DNA of 51,179 bases from Octopus sinensis (GCF_006345805.1 NW_021834187.1:1-51179), one strand, 5' to 3'; shown: positions 25,456 to 38,577, counted from the first letter of the stretch. Numbers and translations: made by a program. The notes: a model not told the origin generated them from the sequence alone.

Positions 25456-25851
25456 TCTTTATATATAAAAGTGAAGTTGTGGGTCTCTCTCCTACGATTT
25501 AGATTCCTAACTACTCCCACATTTTGCGGTGTAGTTTAACCAAAAGCGGGTATCTTATAGTCGTGATTCATATCGAGCCCTTCTGGGTATTAGCGCGCGT
25601 CTACGATGAGTCTACGATTAAAAAAAAATTTACCATCATTTTTTTCCATTTTAATGCATTTTTTCGTTATTATATAAGGGAAGTAACTCTCTAAAAATGT
25701 CTACGATGAGTCAACGATTTAAAAAAAAATTACCATAATTTTTTCCCCATTTTTAATGCATTTTTTTGCTATTTTTTGGCTATAACTCTTTAAAAATGCT
25801 TATATAGTTATTTCCCTTACAAACCCGAGCAACGCCGGGCGATACTGATAG
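25456..25851 (+). mobile_element. Short non-autonomous Helitron-like element
   Basis: 5' A|TC start, 3' hairpin ACCCGAGCAACGCCGGGC plus (C>A)TAG|T, and an internal ~90-bp tandem duplication. Confidence 0.75.
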
Positions 25852-26812
25852 TTATATATAGGGAAGAAATTCTATCAAACTCTTTTACGACATAAAAAAT
25901 AAATAAAAATTTCGGAAGAGATTTGTAAACAGTTTTATAGCGATGTTTGCCATTTTGGTGAATGTTGGATCATGTCAAATGTTTCGGGCTATCCAAGCAC
26001 AGAAAACCTTGTTTCGCGGTCTTCCAGTTGGGGAAAAAGAACCTGGCGGTTCGCAACATATTTTGATGCACTCTTTTATTCATAAAATATCACATTATTT
26101 CTGGGTGATAATCTAATATAATCTTTTGTTCATAAAATATCACATTTATTCCTGGTTGCTGAGAAACATTATTTGTAATATTATGTTAAGTAAAATATTG
26201 CTTACTGGCAGACTTCGACTTTTTCTATCATTAGGGTTTTTAACCCAGTATTTACATCCTATTATTTATAGCTATATCTGCTTCGAGTTCAACCATTAAA
26301 GCCAAATAAAATATTACTTCTGAGATGAAAGTTGTGTAACGGGAGGGTCATTATGCTAACAATAAACATGCACCGGTTGTGTTTCTTTTTCTATTTTTGT
26401 TACTCAATTGGTTAACCATTTTATCGATTCACTTATCGATTGCTTGATTAACCGCTCAGTCAGCCACTGAATCAGTTTGATTTGTCAATATCCTTTCGTT
26501 GCCAATCAAGACCCAATCAATGGTATGCCTTCACTATTCCAGATCTGCTTAGCAGATTGGATTAAAAGTTTCGGTTCTAAGCAGAAATCCTTGATAATGA
26601 AATAGTTTTCCCCGCCTTGTCATCTCTGAGAATATATTTTATCAGCTCTAATGACAATTATTCACATGAGAACTATAATTCAAATTAATAAAAAAAAATT
26701 ATTTTGACTCATCACATTAAGCACGGTAGATTTGATATATATATATATATATATAATATATATATATATTATATTATATATATATATATATTTTTATATA
26801 TATATATATATA

Positions 26813-26855
<43 letters not shown>

Positions 26856-26890
26856 CGAGGGGTGCTGATTAATATATATATACATATATA

Positions 26891-27153
26891 TTTTTTCAGA
26901 ATGTGATAAAAAACCAAGGCTGTGAAGATTTTAGAACATTTATAAATAGAAGGTCTTACAACTGTTTCCCGGATGTTTATTATATCCCTTCGTCGGAGAC
27001 GGTGTGAGAAAATCTAAATTATTGCTTAGCCATTCTGTCACACCGTCCCCGATGAAGGAATATAATAAATATCCTGGAAACAGCTGCAAGACCTAATTGT
27101 AAATGTACTAAAATCTTCACAGCCTTGGTTTTTTTTATCTCATTCTGAAAAAA
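26891..27153. mobile_element. Fold-back element with a variant hammerhead motif in each arm
   Basis: 26891-27007 is the approximate reverse complement of 27038-27153. Motifs at 26953-27000 (-) and 27045-27092 (+). TA-rich flanks. Confidence 0.7.
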
Positions 27154-27702
27154 ATTTTTTTATATATATACACATGCTGATATATGACCTACGTTGGACT
27201 CCTTATTCGCATAATCACCGAACCTGGAGCTTAACTATTGTCTATCCATAGCACTTACTCAGTATTACCTGGCACCTTTGGGTATTACTGACACCATTAC
27301 CTCTCATAACCTATATATATATATATAAAAGGAATATGAGGGGTTTCGTTCTCTAGTGATCTAAACGAATAGGTACGCTCGGTAAGTGCTATAGTTGGTC
27401 GACCATTAGGTCCCAAGATTTTGCCTGGATTTACCTGGGGCTTTAGCTAAAAACCTGTATCTTCATGGAAGCACCAACCAACATCCACGGCCTCTGGAAA
27501 AAGATGAGTTGTGAACATTATTCTCCCGCCTGTATTCTTCTAACTGCTTTTATCCTTTATTCTTCTATCTTACTACTTGGTTTTATTCTTCTATTTTTAT
27601 TTTTATTCTTTTTCTATTCTGTTTCTATTTTTATTCCTTATAATCTGTGAATTTTATTCCTTGTAAACTGTAAATTTTCCCCGTCTAAAATATTCATACC
27701 TT

Positions 27703-27778
27703 GTCTCTGATGACGGAATATCCAGTGCACGGACATGCTAACCAATCACTTGGGTTATCCCAGAAACAGCTGTAAGAC
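27703..27778 (+). ncRNA. Type-I hammerhead ribozyme motif with extended stem II
   Basis: GTCT-CTGATGA-[long imperfect hairpin]-GAAAC-agct-GTA-AGAC. Stem I GTCT/AGAC and palindromic stem III ACAGCTGT. Confidence 0.7.
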
Positions 27779-27919
27779 TTCAAATTTACCTTATCCTAAT
27801 CAAATTAGTCTAAATGACTTGAGATACTTCTTCTGCCTTGGCTTTGATTTTCCTCTAATATAATATAATATAATATAATATAATATAATATAATATAATC
27901 TTTCCTTCACCTATATATA

Positions 27920-28137
27920 TGAGGAGGTGCTGAAAAGTTTCTGGCTTTGGGTAAAAGAAAATGCAAGAGGATCAGTGAATTATGATTTTATTCAATATAT
28001 TCCCCTCTGAGATTCACACACTTATTGCAGCGGTCCTTCAGTTTTTCTAAGCCCTGTAAAAGGACTCGGGAGGTTTGGCCTCCAGCCAAGCCTTTCGGGA
28101 CACACTTAAATCCAGGAAGTCTTCATCTCCCACCTCG
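27920..28137. mobile_element. Tc1/mariner-type MITE
   Basis: Imperfect ~30-bp TIRs ((T/C)GAGG..GTGCTGAAAAGTT.CTGG) flanked by TA on both sides. An isolated TIR end also lies at ~26855. Confidence 0.75.
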
Positions 28138-28236
28138 TATATATATTTATATATGTATAGGGAGAGAAAGAAAGGGAGAGAAAGAAAGGGAGAGAAAGAG
28201 AGAGATAATATTGGTTTGAAATTTTGGTACAAGGTC

Positions 28237-28382
28237 AGCAATCTATTACTCATTTTATTGACCCCGAACGGATGAAAAGTAAAGACGACCTCGGCAGAAT
28301 TTGAACTCAGAACGTAAAGACGGACGAAATGCCGCTAAGCATTTTGTCGGACGTGCCGACGATTCTGTTAGCTCGCTGCCTC
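28237..28382 (-). mobile_element. Family-B SINE 5' portion
   Basis: TTTGAACTCAGAACGTAAAGACGGACGAAATG matches the family-B head. Confidence 0.8.
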
Positions 28383-28591
28383 ATATAGAGATATGATATT
28401 AATAGGAATAATTATATATATATATTTATTTGTTTTTGCAAAAATCTTCATGTGAAACTTGTTGAAACATATGTTGTATCTTGGGAGGGTCAATTTGCAA
28501 ATAATATAAAATACGCAGACTCTGTGTGTGGTTGTTTCTTGTTGGCAACAAGAAGCGCGCGCATACACACACACACACACACACACACGCG

Positions 28592-28634
<43 letters not shown>

Positions 28635-28653
28635 ACACACACATATATATACA

Positions 28654-28952
28654 TATAGGGAGAATTCACAAAACAACAAAAGACGAAGACAGGTGGCGTA
28701 GAAAACAAACAGATGTATTAGTATAACGCTCGGGATTTGAAAAAGTCTTTAACGTTTCGAGCCTACGCTCTTTCACAGAAAGGAACATAGAAAGAAACAA
28801 AGAGAGAAAAAGATGTGTGTAGTGGCTATTTTTTCTCTCTCCTTGTTTCTCTCCTTCTGTATTTCAATTCCCGAACGTTAAACTAATACATCTGTTTGTT
28901 TTCTACACCACCTGTCTTCGTCTTTTGTATTTCTCGTGAACTCTCCCCATAT
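28654..28952. mobile_element. Asymmetric fold-back element with a hammerhead-like motif retained on one side only
   Basis: ~28655-28738 is the reverse complement of ~28868-28952. The minus-strand motif CTTT-CTGTGAAA-GAGC-gtag-GCTC-GAAAC-GTT-AAAG lies at 28747-28782. Confidence 0.65.
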
Positions 28953-29128
28953 ATCACACGCTCACGTGGTCGCACCAGTTGATCCTGTCTCCTCTCATCA
29001 CCCACGAACTTCTCCACTGGACTTTCTACACTCCGGCTGCACCTCTCCTGCCTATGGATTACTCTGGACTCTCCTGTTGATATATATATATATATATTAT
29101 ATATATTATATATAATATATTATATATA

Positions 29129-29171
<43 letters not shown>

Positions 29172-29580
29172 CTCTTTACTCTTTTTACTCTTTTATTTGT
29201 TTCAGTCATGTGACTGTGGCCATGCTGGAGCACCGCCTTTAGTCGAGCAAATCGACCCCAGGACTTATTCTTTGTAAGCCTAGTACTTATTCTATCGGTC
29301 TCTTTTGCCGAACCGCTAAGCTACGGGGACGTAAACACACCATCATCGGTTGTCAAACGATGTTGGGGGACAAACACCGACACACAAACATATACACACA
29401 CATGCATATACATATACATATATACGACGGGATTCTTTCAGTTTCCGTCTACCAAATCCACTCACAAGGCTTTGGTCGGCCCGAGGCTATAGTAGAAGAC
29501 ACTTGCCCAAGGTGCCACGCAGTGGGACTGAACCCGGAACCATGTGGTTGGTAAGCAAGCTACTTATCACACAGCCACTC
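29172..29580 (-). mobile_element. Full-length family-C tRNA-derived SINE
   Basis: Minus strand: A-box TGGCTGTGTG, B-box GGTTCAGTCCC, internal microsatellite and (AAGAGTA)n-like tail. Confidence 0.9.
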
Positions 29581-30136
29581 ATATATTCCGAATTTGTGTG
29601 AATATATATATAAATAATATATATATATATATATAATATATCATATATATATAATATAATATATAAGGTTAAAACTTGGTCTGGTTTTCACGTTTTTTAA
29701 TATGGTATTTTAACATTAAAAGAATTATTTTGTAATGTTCATAAAGTTCAATTAGCACTTTCATACGTTCATAGTAATCATCAGATTTCAAAATGTATTT
29801 AACTGACAGTTGAGTTCTTAACACTCTAACAAGCTGAATTTTTGGAATACGGTCTTGACCAATCCGCATGCCACTTAAATGTCATGATTTTCCGGGTGTA
29901 CCGATATTCTGTAATTTATTTATATTCATATGTTAAAGATATTTTTTAATCCACATTATTGACTGGTTGTTATATTATTGTTGTTGTTTTTTTTCGTTCA
30001 GAACAGGTTTGAACATTTTAATAAACCATTTTTCTTAATCTTTTTTTCCAACCTCACTTGTGTCGTGTAGTTTGTGGAAAGGAAAAATTAGAAACATTTT
30101 CTGACCATATGTTTCTCTCTATATATAAATGTGAAT

Positions 30137-30434
30137 GTGCGTGGCTTAGTGGTTAGGGTATTCTGCTCACGATAGTAAAGTCGTGAGTTCAATTCCCAGC
30201 GACGCGTTATGTCCTTGAGCAAGACACTTTATTTCACTAAGCTGGCAAAAATGAGTAGTACCTGTATTTCAAAGGACCAGCTTTGTCACACTCTATGTCA
30301 CGCCAAATCCCCCTGAGAACTACGTTAAAGGTACTCGTGTCTGTGGAGTGCTCAGCCAATTACACGTTAATCTCACAAGCAGGCTGTTCCGTTGATCGCA
30401 TCAACTGGAACCCACGTCATCGCAACCGATGGAG
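30137..30434 (+). mobile_element. SINE combining head B with tail X
   Basis: The head resembles 4096-4250 (TTGAGCAAGACAC..TATTTCAC), and the tail GTACCTGTATTTCAAAGG..AACCGA matches the tail of the SINE at 37684. Confidence 0.8.
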
Positions 30435-30683
30435 CGCCAGTCTCACTGCGTGGCACTTTGGCCAAGTGTCTTCTACTATAGCCGAGGGTCGACCAAAGAC
30501 ATGGGAGTGGATTTGGTAAACGGAGACTGAAAGATGGCTGTATGTATTTGTGTGTCTGGCGTGCTAACGTTTCTGCAATTCGGTGATACCAGTTGCGGAT
30601 TCTAGCTCGCTCTGATACTGAGTTGAGTTGGTGCCTTCTGGTATCTCAAAATTCAATATATAATCATTTATGATTATAGTATT

Positions 30684-30787
30684 CTACGCTGAAGAGAAAA
30701 GAAGTTTCGGTAAGATAGAATTATTTAATATTTAATATCTAATTCTTTGCTTTCCTTAAAACTTGATTTCGAAACGTACGTCCGTGG
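30684..30787 (+). ncRNA. Type-I hammerhead ribozyme motif with long AT-rich stem II
   Basis: CTACG-CTGAAGA-GAAA...TTTC-GAAAC-gtac-GTC-CGTGG. Stem I 5 bp including one G-U, palindromic stem III ACGTACGT, GUC triplet. Confidence 0.75.
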
Positions 30788-31085
30788 ATAACTAAAAAAA
30801 TGTATGATAGATTGCAGTCATTCATTCTCTCTTACCTGTTTGTGTCTGCCTTCCAAATGCCTGTTTTTACTGAGATCTCCCTTTTTAGTAGAAGAATAGC
30901 TATAACCCTTTGACTGCTATTTCTAATTCGGTATGTGGTAAGGCACTCGTTGCTAAACCCTTATTGCTTAGTATTACTTAAATTTTCCTCGAATGAGGCT
31001 TTTACATGCCGAAGACTACTTGGTGTATTGATAATTTTTCCAAATTAATTAATTTCACCCTTCATTATTACGGATAACTATATAT

Positions 31086-31307
31086 ATATATATATATATA
31101 TATACACTCTTTTGCTCTTTTATTTATTGCAGTCATTTGACTGTGGCCATGCTGGTGCACTACCTTTAGTCGAGCAAATTGACCCCAGGACTTATTCTTT
31201 GTAAGCCTAGTACTTATACTATCGGTTTCTTTTGCCGAACCGCTAAGTTACGGGGACGTAAACACACCAGCATCCGTTGTCAGGCGATGTTGGGGGACAA
31301 ACACAGA

Positions 31308-31362
<55 letters not shown>

Positions 31363-31400
31363 GCACATATATATATATATATATATACGCACACTCACAG
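31086..31400 (-). mobile_element. Family-C SINE, 3' half only
   Basis: Matches 29172-29400 and fades into microsatellite. Confidence 0.85.
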
Positions 31401-32118
31401 ATGCTTATATAAGTACAAAAATACATGCATACATGCATGTAGGCATCCAAACATATGTTTACATACATATATATATATATATACTCACATTATATGCATG
31501 ACATACATGTGCGTGCGTGTTTATGTGTGTGTGTGTATGTTTGTGTGGTGTGTGTGTATTTGTGTTTGTGTGTGTTTGAGGTATTTGACAGGAAGAGTAT
31601 GCGAGTTTCGTCTTTGAATATGTATGTGAAAGTGTAAGTGAATACGAGAAAACACGAGTATGTGCGTCTGCATATGTGTGTGGTGTGTGTGTGTGTGTGT
31701 GTGTGTGTTTGTGCGCGAGCGCGCGTGCATAATGTGTGTGTGTGCGCGCATGCGTAATGTGTGTGTGTGTGTATGTGTGCGCGAGTGTTTGAAGTTCCTG
31801 TAGCAGCATCTTTTGGCGTTGGGCGTGAGAAAACTGTACAGAAGTCAACTCACGTGGATCAGATTGTGTGGTGGGTGTGTTTGTAGAAAACTGACACTAC
31901 GCATACTCAACACGCAAACACTGATTACACACACACAGACACACATGCATACATATTCGCGAAGACAGCTCATATATATATATATATATATACAAAGAGA
32001 CATATAAAATGCATACACATGTGCGTACACAACTCATATATATATATATATACACACATGTAAAATTGAAACACATATACAAATCATAGATATATATACG
32101 TATGTATAGATCTGTATA

Positions 32119-32162
<44 letters not shown>

Positions 32163-32386
32163 ATATATGCATATATATATATTTGTCTATATATATATGC
32201 ATATATATATTTGTACATATACATATATACATGTATGCATACATACATATATAGTGTATGTATGAATTTACGTTACTATATGTATACATACACACATACA
32301 CACATATATATAGAGAGATGCATATGTATGTGTATGTGTGTGTGCGCCTGTGTTTGTGAGCATAAATCTGTTGGTACGCATACACA

Positions 32387-32456
<70 letters not shown>

Positions 32457-33867
32457 GCATCCATTTTCTGTCTAGCTACTTTGGGTTAGTTAGATTTGTT
32501 CTTTGGTATATTCGAAGCACCAATTCCACATGCGTCACCGGCCTTGCCCTATCCCCTCCACTGACGTATCCATTTGCCGACTCCTTTCATTCTACTCGTT
32601 TGAAGCCTGCCATGCTGGAGCACGTTCTTGTAAGGTTTAGTTGATCAAATCCACCCAAATCCTATTTTTTATAGTACGGCACTGATCGTTTCGGTTGTCA
32701 AACCGATATGCTACAGGGACGTAAACAAACCAACATCAGTTGTGAAGCTGTGTGGAGGATAAATATAAAGACACACACACGGATATACACATACATGCAT
32801 ACGCACGCACAGACACACGCCATCTACGGTGGACTTGCATCAAATTCACTCACAAAGCATTTGCCGGCTCAGGGTGGAAGCACAAGACATAATATGCCGT
32901 GCAGTGAAACTGAACCAGAAACCATTTAGTTCACGAAACGAACTTAGCCAGAAACAACTATTTCTGTGAATAGCAAAGGTAAGAAGAAAATTCCCAGAAA
33001 CGCTCATATATTCTGACCCGGAAACAGCCTGAAGACCTGTGCCACCCAATGAATGACTCGCTCTACCGTCACCCATGATTTACACCAGGGGCGAATCACT
33101 AGTTCTAACTCTTATACTTGTGTAGTTCTTCTATATATCTATGTATAATTCGATATACATTAATAAAGATAAGTTTAACACATTAAATTAACATCTTCAT
33201 TAATGCCGCCACTGAATTTAGAACGTTTATATTGCTTATGATAGATATTACGCTTTTGAGCTAGAGTGTAGCAGCTGGATCTCTATGGGTGGGTCAAACC
33301 TAGTAATATGTGTTTTATTGTGAAGGCAAAATTTCCATTTAAATGGCAATTACCGGACGATTTTCTGTTTGAGTTTAACCGTTTTAAGTCGTAGTAGAAA
33401 CGCGATCTGTGTCGAAAATAGGAATAAATGTTATAATTGAAAAAATTACTATATTTTGTACATACGAGTATACCAGCTTGCGGGGGTTTCCCCTCCCCTG
33501 ATCTAAATACTTGAACGGTGGTGTCAATGGCATCGATGAAACCATGATATCTAAATACATGGAGCATTATTGAAAGGCGGAAAGTAATAGTGGTTATCAT
33601 AACGACCAGATCTGGGATCTGAATCTCTTAGAAAGGTCTTCTGAATTGCTGGTTGCCAGTTGAATGATAAGATTTTATTTAATTCCTGAGACAACTTTTG
33701 TGTTTTATCGCATCAGAGAAAAAAGATTTACTGCCTCTTTTCTCTAAGGTCAACAACCTAGTGTTTTGCAATGATGTAAGAGGCCTTCTGTGGAAATATA
33801 TTAATAAACACTTGTCACACGACAAGCTGTTTGGATTTGACTGTTGAGTATACACACAAACATACGC

Positions 33868-33944
<77 letters not shown>

Positions 33945-33970
33945 ATGTGTGTGTGTGTGTATAAAGAGAG

Positions 33971-34008
<38 letters not shown>

Positions 34009-34251
34009 TAGGATATATTAAAGCTTATAAGCGATCGCATTCGGGCATATAAGCCCACGGCGAAAAAAAAGGGTTATTTTTTTTTTTGTTAGAACACATG
34101 AAAATCGAACCCACACCTCTTATATTCGCACAATTCCCATTCGCACTAAAAAAAAAAAGAAAAATACTTCTTTTCCATCAAGGTTTTATATGCCCCAATA
34201 TTAGGATATTTTCTTTAGCCAATACACGGTGATTACTTACAAGCTATAAGC

Positions 34252-34358
<107 letters not shown>

Positions 34359-34992
34359 TACAAAGTATATGCATGTGTGTGTGTGTGTGTGTGTGGCGAA
34401 CTTTCGGTTACTTAAAATATGTTTGTGATATATTTCAACTAAAGGCAATTTCACTACAATTACAGTGGACAAGAAAAAAAAAAATTTCTATCCAAGGGTA
34501 AAAGGTTTAGAAACAACATATTTGCCCAGTGATGCCCCGCTACCAGATTCCCCGACGCATTTATAGCACTTTAGCCGTTAGCAATGGGAAATACCGAACA
34601 GAGATAACTCGGAACAGATTTTAAATCCGTGGCTTTAACTAAAACACAGATAAGAACGTTGACTGAGTTGTGCTGTTAGACCGCCAGTAGATAGAAAGGC
34701 AGAGTAGCTGTGACTTCGAAGTCCCTCTAGAGATAATCCGTCACAGATTTATTTTGTGAATATATATTTTAATACACTTTCTGAAATTTTGCCTGCATAC
34801 TATTTTACACTATACAGACGTACATACATATGCCCTGGGATATGTAATTAACTGCCTAAATACCAATCTTGAGAAATTATGCTTTTCAAAACCAGAAAAG
34901 AGAAAGCTAACTCGAAGACTACAGATTTAATTCATCACTGTAAAAATGTGTAAAACGTTCCAGAAATTTAGCATATGAACATGTCAAGATAT

Positions 34993-35278
34993 GTGGAGGC
35001 ACATGGCCTAGCAGCTGACTCGCGCTCGAGGGATCGCGGGTTCGAATCTCAGACCGGGCGATGTGTGTGTTTATGAGCGAAACACCTAAGCTCCACGCGA
35101 CTCCGGCAGAAGGTAATGGCGAACTTCTGCTGACTCTTTCGCCACAACTTTCTCTCACTCTTTCCTCCTGCATCTTGCAGCTCACCTGCGACGGACCGGC
35201 ATCCCGTCCAGTTGAGGAACCTATACGCCAAGGAAACCAGCCTTATGAGCCAGGCGTGGCTCGAGAAGGAACAAACAA
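34993..35278 (+). mobile_element. tRNA-derived SINE (head A', tail Y)
   Basis: B-box GGTTCGAATCT. Reverse-complement homologue of 24155-24456. Confidence 0.85.
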
Positions 35279-35365
35279 TTGAAATTCCAGCGAAGGAGGC
35301 TTGGATCTAGGTTAGAAACAGGCTCATTGTCTATTGGCAAGAAATCTTGAAGTAAAAATGAACAA

Positions 35366-35417
<52 letters not shown>

Positions 35418-35626
35418 GCATATATATGTATACAGTATGTATACATATGTGGTTTGTGTATAAAATCAGTCCTTTACAGATGTGTACGTTCATTATTTAC
35501 ACTATTTACATTCGATGGATATTTGTCCTCATCTTGTTTGTTGTTAACACGTTTCGGCTGATATACCCTCCAGCCTTCTTCGAACCTGAGTTCTCATTCC
35601 TAAGATATTTTTCGATGTTATTGTTA

Positions 35627-35679
<53 letters not shown>

Positions 35680-35999
35680 GTTATTATTATTATTATTATT
35701 ATCATCATCAGGTCACTGCTTGGACTCGAACTCAGAATTTTGCAGTTAGTAGCCCGCGCTCTTAACCACTACGCCATATGCCCGTGGGCAGATGTGTACG
35801 TTCTTCATGATATATGTGACGTATATATTATGTATGTGAAGTTGTGAAGGTGTATGTGTGTATGTAAGTTTGCATGCTTGTCTCATACATGTACCTGAAT
35901 GCATTTATATCTTGATGATCTACATATGTGTGTGTCTTTACAAATAGAATGACATCATGGCGACCATTCACCGATTAGAGCCGGTAAAAGAGCAAAAAA

Positions 36000-36098
<99 letters not shown>

Positions 36099-37285
36099 CT
36101 AGCATTAAAGACCGTCGTTGCCGGGTCATAGTGCTAGTGCATGTATATATGTGTATATATATGTGTACATATTACATGTACATCTATATATATACATCTA
36201 CACATAAAATACAAAATACAAAGTTATATCTTGATATCGCTAGTGATAACAATACTCAAAATATATAACAGACAGGAATTGTTAGCCCGTCTCTTGTAAT
36301 TTCAATCAATTGTATCTTGTCCTCCCTCTTGTATAGAAGTGTGGCTACAATCCAGCCTACCTCTACTTCTGGGGTGGGGGGGGGCATTTTTAATTTTTAT
36401 CTGGGACGTCCTACGTCCCAGATATAAAGGTAAAAATAAAATATTTCCACTTTGCAAGTTCGAGTCGAGTACTCCCTTGCACGCTCCGTTGACTCGAACC
36501 TTTCTTCTATTGTGGCGAATTTACCGCCTCTGATTAGATACCTTTCATAGTCGCACCAAGACACTTTTCGAACGTGCTTTCCTCCATGTGTTCAAATCTT
36601 TATTCTCTACATTGTATACTTTATAGACAATAGTGTTTTCTTTAATTTAATTTTTTATTATCCATCTGGACAATTCCATTTCTTCACGCTAATTTAATTT
36701 TTAATTTATTCCCATTCATGTGAAACCACTTATTCAAGTTCAAATCCTTGATGCAATTTTATACCAATTACTATTTTTACTTTTGTTATGTTACGATTAT
36801 ATTATACTTTAGTTTGATTTTAATTATTACTTACTACATATAATTCAATTGTTATTATTATTTTTATTGTTAAAGTGAAAGCATCTGACATTAAATAGAG
36901 AAACGTTTTTGTTTCACTTTTAACACGTAATACGGAAATAGTGGAGAAGATATGATATTGCTATGGGCTCGCTCTAGGCAAGAAGTTGAATATTTTTGTT
37001 TGCCCATGAAACTACATGGACCCTAAGTAAGGCATGTGTAAAATTTGAATGGAATTGGTTGAGTAGTTCTCAAGTTTTAGGGAATCGTAGTGGAGAAAAT
37101 ATGATATTGCTGTGGGCTCGCCCTAGGCAAAAAGTTCAAAATTTTTTTTGCCGATGACACTCCCCAGACCCTAAGTAAGGCATGTGTAAAATTTGAATGA
37201 AATTGGTTGTAGTTCTCAAGTTTTAGGGAAACACACAGACAGACAGACAGACAGACACACATTCTCGGTTTTATATATATAAAGA
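36099..37285 (-). mobile_element. Non-autonomous Helitron-like element with internal ~150-bp tandem duplication
   Basis: The minus strand starts A|TCTTTATATATAT and ends with an ACCCGGCAACG hairpin plus CTAG|T. Duplicated blocks at ~36941-37085 and ~37090-37230. Confidence 0.65.
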
Positions 37286-37683
37286 TACATATTTATAGAC
37301 TCGTTTATTAATGTATAATCAAGACGGAAGTTGGTGAGGTGAGGCAGCCATAGTTATTTCCTTCCATTCTTGACTGCTTACATGGACACGGTTGATGTTT
37401 CACTCAAGAATTTTTTCATTAATACTCTTAGTAATTCTTCCCAGGTGACATCAGAAAGGTCGGCTGACATTCTAAACGGATTGCTAGTAATGAATAGGTT
37501 GCTGGGAGGAATCTTTTAAACTCCGTTAAAGTACTACTGGATTAACAATGTAGGAAGTGAAGCAAGGAGAATGTTCCATATTAACGCGGTTCTGAGGCGA
37601 CAAGCAGCGGTGGTGGCGAGAAGAGAAAATATGTCTCCTATGAGTTTTCAATGGAGTCGATTAAAATACAGTAAGGACAGGGG

Positions 37684-38070
37684 GTGGAGGCGCAATGGCC
37701 CAGTGGTTAGGGCAGCGGACTCGCGGTCATAGGATCGCGGTTTCGATTCCCAGACCGGGCGTTGTGAGTGTTTATTGAGCGAAAACATCTAAAGCTCCAC
37801 GAGGCTCCGGCAGGGGATGGTGGTGATCCCTGCTGTACTCTTCCACCACAACTTTCTCTCATTCTTACTTCCTGTTTCTGTTGTACCTGTATTTCAAAGG
37901 GCCGGCCTTGTCACTCTCTGTGTCACGCTGAATATCCCCGAGAACTACGTTAAGGGTACACGTGTCTGTGGAGTGCTCAACCACTTACACGTTAATTTCA
38001 CGAGCAGGCTGTTCCGTTGATTCGGATCAACCGGAACCCTCATCGTCGTAACCGACGGAGTGCTTCCCCC
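37684..38070 (+). mobile_element. Family-A tRNA-derived SINE (head A, tail X) with 11-bp TSD
   Basis: A-box TGGCCCAGTGG, B-box GGTTTCGATTCCC. TAAGGACAGGG at 37672-37682 and 38073-38083. Confidence 0.92.
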
Positions 38071-38357
38071 AATAAGGACAGGGAGTGTAAGGAAAAGGAG
38101 ATATTGAGTGGGTGGAAAAAGGGAGCACGTTTCATTACTGGTAGAATCGTTATCTTATTGGATAAAAAGCGTAGCAGTGATTTTTTTTCTAGCTCTCTAT
38201 GTTCTGAGTGCTGACTCTGCCGAGGTGAACTTTGCCTTTTCATTCTTATGCAGTCAGAAAAATAAAGTATTAGTCAAATACTGGGGTTTGATGTGATCGA
38301 CTTATCTCTCAGTCTTTCAAAATTGCTGGTTCTGTGCTGTAATTTGAAAGAATTATT

Positions 38358-38577
38358 ATTACTCTCTTTTTTACTCTTTTACTTGTTTCAGTCATTTGAC
38401 TGTGGCCATGCTGGAGCACCGCCTTTACTCGAGCAAATCCACCCCAGGACTTATTCTTCGTATGCCTAGTACTTGTTCTATCGGTCTCTTTTGCCGAACC
38501 GCTAAGTTACAGGGACGTAAATACACCACCATCGGTCGCCAAGCGATGGGGGGACAAACACAGACACACAAAAATAT

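Noticed and set aside
25930-26110. Short open frames (MFAILVNVGSC...) in non-repetitive-looking sequence
   Set aside because: Under 60 codons, no recognisable family and no convincing splice donor.
37330-37670. Possible CR1/Jockey-like LINE 3' end on the minus strand (RTALIWNIL)
   Set aside because: A single weak motif is not enough to call without a search.
37684-37760. tRNA gene
   Set aside because: The A/B boxes belong to a SINE head: it is multi-copy, has a TSD and lacks a closing acceptor stem.
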